Below, one piece after another: positions 16,494 to 23,901 of a stretch of DNA of 32,000 nucleotides. Position 1 is the stretch's first letter, and every line of letters starts with the position of its first letter. Position numbers and translations under genes: made by a program. Source of the stretch: Ktedonobacterales bacterium (GTDB lineage Bacteria; Chloroflexota; Ktedonobacteria; Ktedonobacterales; JADMIN01); assembly GCA_030167145.1 (NCBI GenBank), contig CP126532.1, positions 2,700,001 through 2,732,000 on the forward strand, read 5' to 3'. A model generated the notes under the pieces. That model did no database searches. It had not been told where the DNA came from and saw only the letters and a program-made list of their open reading frames with translations.

Positions 16494-17219
16494 ATGAGAG
16501 ACAACCTGATAGACTACATCAAAGCGAATACCGCGACCGATGCGCCGATGCACCCCAATGGGGGCTGCGAGAAGGTGCGCGTGCTGCTGGCCGACGACCA
16601 TACGATTCTGCGCGCGGGGCTGCGGATGATGCTCAACGCGCAGCCCGACATTGAGGTCGTAGGCGAGGCCAGCGATGGCCACCAGGCCATTAGTGAAGCG
16701 CAGCGCATCCTCCCCGACGTGATCCTCATGGATATCACGATGCCCGAATGCAACGGCATCGAGGCGACACGCCAGGTGAAGCGCCTCCTGCCAGAGACGC
16801 GGGTGTTGGTGCTGACCATGCACGAAAATGAAGAATATCTCTTCCAAATGCTGCGCGCGGGCGCCTCAGGCTACATGCTCAAGGAAGCCGCCGACACGGA
16901 ATTGATCTCCGCAATCCGCGTGGTGTCGTCGGGGCGCTTCTATCTCTCGCCGTCCGCGCAATCCATGATGGTCAGCGACTATTTGCAGCGCGTCCACACC
17001 GGCGAGGAGCGCGACAGCTATAGCGCGCTGACCGAGCGTGAGCGCGAAATCTTGAAGCTGGTAGCCGAAGGCTACACCAACAACCAGATCGGCGAGCGGC
17101 TCTACATCAGCCCCAAGACCGTAGACACCCATCGCACCCACATCATGGACAAACTGAACCTGCACAGCCGCGCCGAACTGGTCAAATACGCCATGCGACG
17201 CGGATTACTCGAAGATTAG
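16494..17219 (+). CDS. NarL/LuxR-family DNA-binding response regulator
   Basis: The receiver motifs are VRVLLADDHTILRAGL and DVILMDITMPECNG. The LuxR HTH is LTEREREILKLVAEGYTNNQIGERLYISPKTVDTHRTHIMDKL. The start could instead be the internal ATG at 16548. Confidence 0.9.
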   Translation: MRDNLIDYIKANTATDAPMHPNGGCEKVRVLLADDHTILRAGLRMMLNAQPDIEVVGEASDGHQAISEAQRILPDVILMDITMPECNGIEATRQVKRLLPETRVLVLTMHENEEYLFQMLRAGASGYMLKEAADTELISAIRVVSSGRFYLSPSAQSMMVSDYLQRVHTGEERDSYSALTEREREILKLVAEGYTNNQIGERLYISPKTVDTHRTHIMDKLNLHSRAELVKYAMRRGLLED

Positions 17220-17223
17220 GCGG

Positions 17224-17604
17224 TCAATGGAACGGCGACACATTATCGTCGTCGCTATCATCGAACTCGTCGTCATCCTCGTCGCTGGTTGGCCCGCCAA
17301 GGGTCAATTCCTCTTGGTCAGCACGGAAGGAATCGTTGAAGAAGCCTAGCTCTTTGCCCTGGTACACGCTGACGAGGAAGTCATCGCGCGGCATGTCGGC
17401 AGAGAGCACGAGGTCCTCGTCAATCTGTTCGATCAGCTTAGCAAGATCCTCCTGGCTCAGCTCTTTTTCCAGCACAAGCGTGCAGTGGACGGTGGTCGAA
17501 GTGAAGTGCAGGTCTACGTTGCCCACGCGCGTCGTGCCCAGCATCATGTGGTAGCCCTCGGAATAGGGCGTGCGGAACTGGCGATCAAAGCGAACGTCGT
17601 CCAT
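17224..17604 (-). CDS. hypothetical 126-aa protein with poly-acidic C-terminal tail
   Basis: The reading frame is clean and the GC content is lower than in neighbouring genes. The tail is SDEDDDEFDDSDDDNVSPFH. I recognise no family. The start context is unusual and is described in the findings. Confidence 0.55.
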   Translation of the reverse strand: MDDVRFDRQFRTPYSEGYHMMLGTTRVGNVDLHFTSTTVHCTLVLEKELSQEDLAKLIEQIDEDLVLSADMPRDDFLVSVYQGKELGFFNDSFRADQEELTLGGPTSDEDDDEFDDSDDDNVSPFH

Positions 17605-17754
17605 TAGCTGCGCGCGGGCCAGCCAGCGCCGCGCTCCTCCTTCCGATATGTCGTGTACTCGTCGTTACGCCTGGTCACGCTCGTGCGTGCGCGTGGGGTA
17701 TTGTCGCACATCCGGGACCATACCTGCCGGGCGGGCGCGCAACCATATTCCTGC

Positions 17755-17797
17755 GCACAACAAAAGGCCAGCGCGGGATCCATCCCGCGCTGGCCTT
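17755..17797 (-). terminator. rho-independent terminator downstream of htrA
   Basis: The inverted repeat is perfect: AAGGCCAGCGCGGGAT / ATCCCGCGCTGGCCTT (17764-17797). On the minus strand it is followed by TTTTGTTGT. Confidence 0.7.
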
Positions 17798-17844
17798 CGG
17801 CCTCTGACCTCCTCCCCGCGTCGAGGAGGGGACAGGGGGAGAGG

Positions 17845-19122
17845 TTAGCCCTGGCTATTTGCTGGGCGCTCGCCAAGTGTGATGGTGATCGTCTGCTGGC
17901 TGGTGCCGCGCTGGATGGTCACCGACACTGCCGTGCCAGGGGCCTGCGGCACCAGCGCCGAGGCGAGATCGGCGCTACCGCTGATCTGCTTGCCGTTCAC
18001 GGCGACGATGATATCGCCTTCCTTCAAGCCAGCCGCCTGCGCGGGACTCGTGCCAGCGGCATCGTTGGCGAAGCCCGTCACCAGCACGCCGCTCTGCACG
18101 GGCAGGTTATACGCGGAGGCGAGCTGTGGGGTCACATCCTGCCCGACGATGCCCATAAAGCCCTGGCCGGAATTCACGAGATGTCCTTCTTTGATGAGTT
18201 GATCGGTGACGAACTTCACACGATCAGATGGGATAGCGAAGCCGATACCATCGGCGGCTCCGCCGGTCTGCTGGCTGGCGGCGCCAAGGGTGGGGATGCC
18301 GATCAGTTGCCCTTGCAGGTCTACCAGCGCGCCACCGCTATTGCCGGGGTTGATCGGCGCGCTCGTCTGAATCAGACCCGTCAGGGTGGCCGCCGGGCCG
18401 CCCGATCCCTCACTGGCGGTGCGGTTCAGCGCGCTGACAATACCCAGCGTGGCCGACTGATCCAGGCCGAGCGGGCTGCCGATGGCGATGGCAAACTGCC
18501 CCACCTGCACCTTGCTAGAATCGCCGAAAGCGATGGGTTGCAGGCCGGTAACGTTGATCTTCAGCACCGCCAGATCATCTTGCGGATCGGTGCCGACGAC
18601 CGTCGCGGGATATTGCTTGCCGCTGGAAAGCAGCACGGTAAACGTCTGCTGGCCCTGCACCACATGGTCATTGGTGACGATATAGCTGCCGCTACTGTCA
18701 GAAGAGGGCAGAATCTCTCCAGACCCGATGTCACCACCAGATGCGCCCTGACCTTGAATCTGAACGACAGCCGGCTGCACCGTGCGAATGACATTGATGA
18801 TCGTCTGCTGCAAGTCTTGCGCGCTCGGCGGCACAGCCACCGTCACCGCAGCCTTGCTGCCAGTGGGGGTCGTGCCGGTGGGGTTGCCGGTAGTTGCGAG
18901 TTTGCCCACCGCGAACGAGCCAAGGATCACCGCCGCCAGCGTCACCGCGCCCAGCGGCAGCAGCCAGCGATTGCGTGAGGGCGGCCTCGGTGGCGTTGGC
19001 GTTTCCGGCGGCATGGCGCCATAGGGGTACGCGCCATAATATGAAACGCCCGATGGCGGCGTCGTAGCCGGGAGGTTGGGTGTGGTCGGCGAATCAGGCG
19101 GGGTTGGGATCGGTGTAGACAT
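17845..19122 (-). CDS. htrA: HtrA/DegP-family serine protease with PDZ domain, membrane-anchored
   Basis: The ATG at 19120-19122 lies 7 nt after GAGGAG. The protein has a Pro-rich N-terminus and a TM helix. The catalytic motifs are TNDHVV and GNSGGALV. The C-terminal PDZ is GVLVTGF...AAGLKEGDIIVAVNG. Confidence 0.9.
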   Translation of the reverse strand: MSTPIPTPPDSPTTPNLPATTPPSGVSYYGAYPYGAMPPETPTPPRPPSRNRWLLPLGAVTLAAVILGSFAVGKLATTGNPTGTTPTGSKAAVTVAVPPSAQDLQQTIINVIRTVQPAVVQIQGQGASGGDIGSGEILPSSDSSGSYIVTNDHVVQGQQTFTVLLSSGKQYPATVVGTDPQDDLAVLKINVTGLQPIAFGDSSKVQVGQFAIAIGSPLGLDQSATLGIVSALNRTASEGSGGPAATLTGLIQTSAPINPGNSGGALVDLQGQLIGIPTLGAASQQTGGAADGIGFAIPSDRVKFVTDQLIKEGHLVNSGQGFMGIVGQDVTPQLASAYNLPVQSGVLVTGFANDAAGTSPAQAAGLKEGDIIVAVNGKQISGSADLASALVPQAPGTAVSVTIQRGTSQQTITITLGERPANSQG

Positions 19123-19226
19123 CAGTGCTCTCCTCTGCTTGACGCCCAAATATACGTTCCTGGCGTCTCTGACTATACATTAGCGAGCCGCAATGTGAGC
19201 AAGATTGGAGCCTTGTGTGAGTTTTC

Positions 19227-20645
19227 TCATTCTGCCGATGCAGGCGCGGGGAGTGCTTTCTCTCCGGCAGCAGGCAGCGTGAGCGTGGCGGTGGTGCCCT
19301 TATCTGGGGTGCTGCTCAGCGTCAGCGCGCCGCCGTGCGCCGCCGCGATACGCAGTGCAATAGACAGGCCCAGCCCCGCGCCGCCGAATTCGCGGGAGCG
19401 CGCTTTATCCACACGGTAGAAGCGTTCACCCAGGCGCGGCAGATGCTCCGGGGCCACACCTTCACCCGTATCACTGACCTCAACGCGGGCGCGCAGGTCG
19501 CTGCGCGAGATGCGTACGCTGACACTGCCGCCCGGACGATTGTATTTGATGGCGTTGTCAATCAGATTGAGCAGCACTTCTTCGAGTTGGGCAGGGTCTC
19601 CGATGACCAGTGTAGGCGGGGCTGGTTCCACGGTGAGTCGCACCTGGCGTTCTGCCGCCAACGCGCTGGCGCGGCGCACCACCGAGGCGCTCAGCGCGGT
19701 GAGGTCCACCACATCGCGCTCAACAACCATATTGCCCGAATCAAGCCGGGCCAGCAGCAGCATCTTGCTAATCAGCGCGTTCATATGCTCCACATCGCTG
19801 ACGATGTCCTCGAGCATGGTAGCATCGTCAGGGGCGAACTGATTGCGGTCGCGTAGCAGCAGCTCGGAACTGGCGCGCAGCAGCGTCAGCGGGGTTCGCA
19901 GCTCGTGTGCGGCATCGCCAATGAAGGCCTGTTGCCGCTGAAGGGCCAGCCGCGACGGTTCCAGCGCGCGCCGCGAGAGCAGGATGCCACCGAGCATAGC
20001 GCCCGCCAGGGTAAGGAGACCGAGAATGATGAGCAGCAGCAGCAAGAAATGGAGGGCGAGCAGTTGTCCTTCGATGGGAATGCCGACGAGAACCACCCCA
20101 AGCGCAGCATGTGTCGTGGGTTCACGCACCACCAGCGCGTAGCGGCGAATGTCCCCAAGCCCGTGTTCGCCGGTGACGGTATCCCACGCCTGGCCGGAGC
20201 CACTGGCGAGCGCGGCCTGAGCAATGGATGGGTTGCTAAAGGCAGGGGGTGGTGGATTGACGCTGGTGGGAAGGGTGCCGAAGCCGGAGTCGCCAAAACA
20301 CCCGATGTAGGGTACATGCTGTGCCGCTCCAGAAGGCACCGGGCAGATAAAGCGGTCGCCAGCGGGTGGCGGATTTTGCTGCCAGAGCTGGCTGATCTGG
20401 TTGGCGCTATCGGTGAGATAGCCGTCCACCGGACTGAGCAGCGCCTGCCGCATCCCGAAGTAGAGCAGCACACCGGATAAGATGAGCAGGCTCGCGAACA
20501 CAGCGGCGTAGGTCAGCAGCAGCCGCCGCTGGATACCCTCAAGAAAAGCGGCGGATGGATCGCCGGACGGCGTTGGCGTCGAGAAGGTGGGAATGCGTGG
20601 CAGGAGCCAGCCGCGTACGGGACGCGGCACTGTCGGAGTCTTCAT
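19227..20645 (-). CDS. sensor histidine kinase (HisKA + HATPase), OmpR-partner type
   Basis: Two TM helices flank a periplasmic loop of about 150 aa. The H-box is AAHELRTPLT and the ATPase boxes are NLIDNAIKYNRPGG, DTGEGV and GGAGLGLSIA. An ATGA overlap links it to the upstream RR. Confidence 0.9.
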   Translation of the reverse strand: MKTPTVPRPVRGWLLPRIPTFSTPTPSGDPSAAFLEGIQRRLLLTYAAVFASLLILSGVLLYFGMRQALLSPVDGYLTDSANQISQLWQQNPPPAGDRFICPVPSGAAQHVPYIGCFGDSGFGTLPTSVNPPPPAFSNPSIAQAALASGSGQAWDTVTGEHGLGDIRRYALVVREPTTHAALGVVLVGIPIEGQLLALHFLLLLLIILGLLTLAGAMLGGILLSRRALEPSRLALQRQQAFIGDAAHELRTPLTLLRASSELLLRDRNQFAPDDATMLEDIVSDVEHMNALISKMLLLARLDSGNMVVERDVVDLTALSASVVRRASALAAERQVRLTVEPAPPTLVIGDPAQLEEVLLNLIDNAIKYNRPGGSVSVRISRSDLRARVEVSDTGEGVAPEHLPRLGERFYRVDKARSREFGGAGLGLSIALRIAAAHGGALTLSSTPDKGTTATLTLPAAGEKALPAPASAE

Positions 20646-21316
20646 GCGTCTATCTTGTAGCCGACCCCGCGCACGGTCTTGATGAGCGGGCGAGGGAAAT
20701 CGCGGTCAATCTTATCGCGCAGGTAGTGGATGTAGATGTCTACCACATTGGAGAGCGTATCCAGGTCGTACCGCCAGACGTGATCTATGATCTGCGCCCG
20801 CGTCAGCACTTGTCCGCGATGGCGCATCAGGAATTCCAGCAGCGCGAACTCTTTCGCGGTCAGCTCGATGATGCGGTCGCCGCGCCGGGCCTCATGGCGC
20901 AACAGGTCAAGCGTGAGGTCGTCTACTTGAAGTTGGTGAGCGGTATCCAGCTCACGGTCGCGACGGCGCAGCAGCGCATCCACGCGGGCGAGCAATTCAT
21001 CCATCGCGAACGGCTTGACCAGATAGTCATCCGCCCCGCCGCGCAGCCCCGCGACGCGATCTTCCACAGCCCCACGCGCGGTCAGCATCAGGATCGGCGT
21101 CTCGATATTCAGGGCGCGCATCTCGCGACAGATCTGCATGCCATCTTTACCAGGAAGCATCAGATCCAGAATCACCAGATCGTAGGTGCCGCTGGTGGCA
21201 AGCTCGGCGCCCGTGTCGCCGTCGTTGGCGATATCCACCACGTGGCGCTCGTTGGCGAGCATGCGCCGCAGATTCTCCGCAAGCCGCTTCTCATCCTCAA
21301 CAACCAGGATGTGCAT
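20642..21316 (-). CDS. OmpR/PhoB-family response regulator
   Basis: The receiver motifs are MHILVVEDEKRLAENL and DLVILDLMLPGKDG. The winged helix is TAKEFALLEFLMRHRGQVLTRAQI...VRGVGYKI. The ORF-track start at 21391 adds 25 non-conserved residues. Confidence 0.9.
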   Translation of the reverse strand: MHILVVEDEKRLAENLRRMLANERHVVDIANDGDTGAELATSGTYDLVILDLMLPGKDGMQICREMRALNIETPILMLTARGAVEDRVAGLRGGADDYLVKPFAMDELLARVDALLRRRDRELDTAHQLQVDDLTLDLLRHEARRGDRIIELTAKEFALLEFLMRHRGQVLTRAQIIDHVWRYDLDTLSNVVDIYIHYLRDKIDRDFPRPLIKTVRGVGYKIDA

Positions 21317-21583
21317 GGGTGCCCTCTCGTCGAGCGTTTCCGCGCGTGTACGTGCCTGTTGGCGCGCGGAGTCTGTGGGCCTATGGAACACGCCAGCCCT
21401 CCGTTTCTCGTAGTGAACCGCATCGCGGGCATCACCGTCAAATCCTGGTCACAGACGGTCGTCACTGGGTCGTCACCTCATGACGCATCTGTGGCCAGCA
21501 TAGCGCGGCAAAATTGGACGCGGATTGGAGCCGCAACGCATGACTTGAGCGACTATTGAGGCGTCTCTCCAACTCCGCGACAC

Positions 21584-22011
21584 TCACGAAAACAGGTGCA
21601 GACCATATTGGCCGAAATGCTTGTCCAACGTAAAGACATCACGAATGTGCAATCTCTCCATGATTGCAAAGCTTGTGGCATCTGTATAGGAATATTCCTT
21701 ATCTGAAATGCGCTTTATCAGCTCTCTGGCGCGAGTCTCGTCCTTCTCGCTTACCCTGATGATTCTCGTTGTGCCAGCAAAAATCACATCGAGGAGAGGA
21801 ATCGCGCTGCTTCCTCCCTTCCGATGCGGGTTAATATCAGGGCATGCGTTTCCGCAACAACGAAATTACTGGTATACAGATCATCGCCTTGATCAGCAAG
21901 GCGGCCCATGATGGATTGAGCTTGCGAATGATTTGCGTCCCTGGCATTCAAGTATGAGAAATAGCCAGATGTATCAATGAAACCTTGCTCATTTGTCGTG
22001 TGTATCTTCAT
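21584..22011 (-). pseudogene. vapC: PIN-domain (VapC-like) toxin gene interrupted by a 1-nt frameshift
   Basis: Two abutting ORFs together make one PIN domain. ORF 21784-22011 carries FIDTSGYF...VVAETHALI and ORF 21584-21787 carries YTDATSFAIMERL...FTLDKHF. The frame changes at tcgatgTGAtttttgct, around 21780-21790. Confidence 0.7.
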
Positions 22012-22273
22012 ACGCTGCGGCAAGAGCTTCTGCCTGATCATGGGCAATATCAGTCTCTTCTTTGCTGGCAAAGGCCCCGCCAAGCGTAAAAAGCGGGTCT
22101 TGCCTGCTAAATGAGCGTCCGGTACGAGAAGGCTTGCGTTTGCGTGTAAGACGGAACAACCTACCGCGATCTTCAAGCACCAACTCGCGGTTATGCGCAT
22201 CTACATCGTCCAGAATGCGCGTCGCATCCCTAACAAATTCATCAAGCTGTATACGAACAGAATCATGAGCCAT
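21989..22273 (-). CDS. antitoxin of the vapBC-like pair (Phd/YefM-like N-terminus)
   Basis: The product is 94 aa and lies immediately upstream of the PIN gene, overlapping it by 23 nt. Its N-terminus IQLDEFVRDATRILDDVDAHNRELVLEDRGRLFRL resembles Phd-type antitoxins. The family assignment is tentative. Confidence 0.55.
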   Translation of the reverse strand: MAHDSVRIQLDEFVRDATRILDDVDAHNRELVLEDRGRLFRLTRKRKPSRTGRSFSRQDPLFTLGGAFASKEETDIAHDQAEALAAAYEDTHDK

Positions 22274-22382
22274 GTTGCTTGCCTCCTTATGTTACCTATC
22301 ATATCATGCTGGCATCTGCGCGGCAAAGGGAAGCCGTTTCACGTGGCAAGCAGGCGACATTGGTGATGCGGAGGCATGTGCG

Positions 22383-22814
22383 ATGATTCTATTTGCGTCG
22401 CTGAAGGGTGAGTATGGCTGTTTCTCGAACTTTGCTCCGTATCCGATCACCCTTAAGGAGAAGGTGTGGCCGACGAGTGAGCACTACTTTCAGGCGCAGA
22501 AGTTCGCGGGCACAGAACACGAAGAGGCGATCCGGCTGGCGAAGTCACCGCTAGTGGCGGCGCGGATGGGGCGCTCGCGGCAGCGTCCGCTGCGTGCGGA
22601 TTGGGATGCGGTGAAGGACGAAGTGATGTTAGAGGCGCTGCGAGCCAAGTTCACCCAGCACGCGGACCTGCGCGAAACACTCCTGGCGACCGGCGATGCG
22701 CTGATCGTAGAGCACCGCGCGCGCGATGCCTACTGGGGCGACGGGCCAGACGGCTCAGGACGCAACATGCTGGGCCTGCTGCTGATGCGTGTGCGCGAAG
22801 AACTACGCGGCTAG
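22383..22814 (+). CDS. NADAR-family protein (YbiA/DUF1768-like)
   Basis: Motifs are YGCFSNFAPYPI, WPTSEHYFQAQKF and DAYWGDGPDGSGRNMLG. The ATG at 22383 gives a typical length of 143 aa. The ORF-track start at 22272 adds a Cys-rich leader. Confidence 0.85.
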   Translation: MILFASLKGEYGCFSNFAPYPITLKEKVWPTSEHYFQAQKFAGTEHEEAIRLAKSPLVAARMGRSRQRPLRADWDAVKDEVMLEALRAKFTQHADLRETLLATGDALIVEHRARDAYWGDGPDGSGRNMLGLLLMRVREELRG

Positions 22815-22825
22815 CCACGCTCTGA

Positions 22826-22852
22826 CTGCCCAGCACGCACGGTACTGGGCAG
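22826..22852. terminator. hairpin between the convergent NADAR and ygiT-like genes
   Basis: The structure is CTGCCCAG - 11 nt - CTGGGCAG. There is no clear U-tract, so a terminator function is uncertain. Confidence 0.35.
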
Positions 22853-22895
22853 CCACGTACAACATGATGATATGCGTGGTTGAGAGTGAGAGCCG

Positions 22896-23159
22896 TCATG
22901 CGTGATAGGCTTCTCCCATATGGGCAAGTTCGGTGTACGCGCCTGCGCGTAGCTTGTCAACGGCTGCCTGGATTGTCCGTGTTGCAACGCTATCGAGCGC
23001 CTCCTCGCCACAATTGGTACAGACACCTGCCCGGACCGTTACAGTGACGGTATTCACGTCAACCTTTTGTGTCCACTCGATATCGCGGACCACGTAGGTG
23101 TTTTCGCGCCCACAACGTGGGCACTGCAATCCTTCGAGCATGGCTTCGAGCGTTGCCAT
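22896..23159 (-). CDS. YgiT-type zinc-ribbon protein (MqsA-N-terminal-like putative antitoxin)
   Basis: The two Cys pairs are CPRCG...CTNCGE, a pattern typical of YgiT-type zinc fingers. The ATG at 23157-23159 lies 6 nt after AGAGGGA. The alternative start at 23252 would add 31 aa. Confidence 0.7.
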   Translation of the reverse strand: MATLEAMLEGLQCPRCGRENTYVVRDIEWTQKVDVNTVTVTVRAGVCTNCGEEALDSVATRTIQAAVDKLRAGAYTELAHMGEAYHA

Positions 23160-23318
23160 AGACGTTCCCTCTTCTTCCCGCGATATTGCTCCGGCTACTC
23201 TTTTCCGCCACGAGTCTCGCGACATGCGCGGTGTGTAACCTGCCAGCTCCATTCAGCGCACTTTCCTACCATCAGAGCAGGTTGATAACATATGGTGTCA
23301 CGCCCAGGCTTTCAGCAC

Positions 23319-23681
23319 TTATGGTGACGGCAGGCGCACACGGTAATCAGGTGTCCACTCATGCGGGCGCAGGTCTGGGCGATAGATCGTCACCATGAAC
23401 GCGAGACTATTGACCTGACGCTGTGCCGCATAACGTTTAGAAGGATACGAGATGACGGTGTGGATAGGACGACCCTGTACAAAACAGAGCAGCAAACAGC
23501 AGGGGCCACGCGGTTCGTTTGGATAATCCTCAATGACCTCGATGGCAGTCTGCGCCAAGCTAGCCCAGACCGCATCAACATTGATCCCATCCGCAAGCGC
23601 TTCACGCGCCGCGTGGCCACTCGCGAATAGCTGGTCTTGCCGGATTGCATCCTGTAGACCCGCTATATCCACGTCGCACAC
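23319..23681 (-). CDS. DUF4258-domain protein (putative toxin)
   Basis: The pattern GHAAREALADGINVDAV...IEVIEDYPNEPRGPCCLLLCFVQGRPIHTVIS...MVTIYRPD...W matches my recollection of DUF4258 (HA..R..eRgI...ii.dYp.d.rgps.L.lg...grplHvV...vITvYrPd). The start is a GTG. Confidence 0.75.
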   Translation of the reverse strand: MCDVDIAGLQDAIRQDQLFASGHAAREALADGINVDAVWASLAQTAIEVIEDYPNEPRGPCCLLLCFVQGRPIHTVISYPSKRYAAQRQVNSLAFMVTIYRPDLRPHEWTPDYRVRLPSP

Positions 23682-23768
23682 CCATTTCCATCGCTGCCTA
23701 CCCGTGTTGCCACCTACCGCGACAGCGACTATTGATCCAGTCTATCACGTGCCGTCTCTTTCTATTTG

Positions 23769-23901
23769 GCGTGCGGTATTGCGCGCCAAGCAGACAAGAT
23801 GTGCCGTGAGCGATGCCTACTGGGGCGACGGGCCAGATGGCTTAGGACGCAACATGCTCGGCCTGCTGCTGATGCGCGTGCGCGAGGAACTATGCGCTTA
23901 G
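23769..23901 (+). pseudogene. decayed remnant of a NADAR gene 3' end
   Basis: Positions 23810-23901 match 22723-22814 at 84 of 92 positions by hand alignment. The remnant translates to DAYWGDGPDGLGRNMLGLLLMRVREELCA*. Positions 23769-23809 keep only patches of homology (gcgtgcgg.att, tgcgNgccaag) separated by deletions. Confidence 0.75.

Noticed and set aside
17604-17876. A 90-aa minus-strand ORF lies between htrA and the acidic-protein gene.
   Set aside because: It reads straight through the htrA terminator hairpin and overlaps the htrA 3' end. It is Arg/Cys-rich and lacks an SD. It is noted only because its TAA stop overlaps the downstream ATG.
17653-18978. A 441-aa plus-strand ORF lies antisense to htrA.
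   Set aside because: The product is Arg/Ala/Gly-rich with no motifs. The opposite strand encodes an unmistakable HtrA protease with its PDZ domain.
21775-21795. The vapC split could reflect programmed ribosomal frameshifting.
   Set aside because: No canonical slippery heptamer plus downstream structure is visible. TA toxins are commonly inactivated by indels, and a homopolymer (T5) sequencing error is an equally simple explanation.
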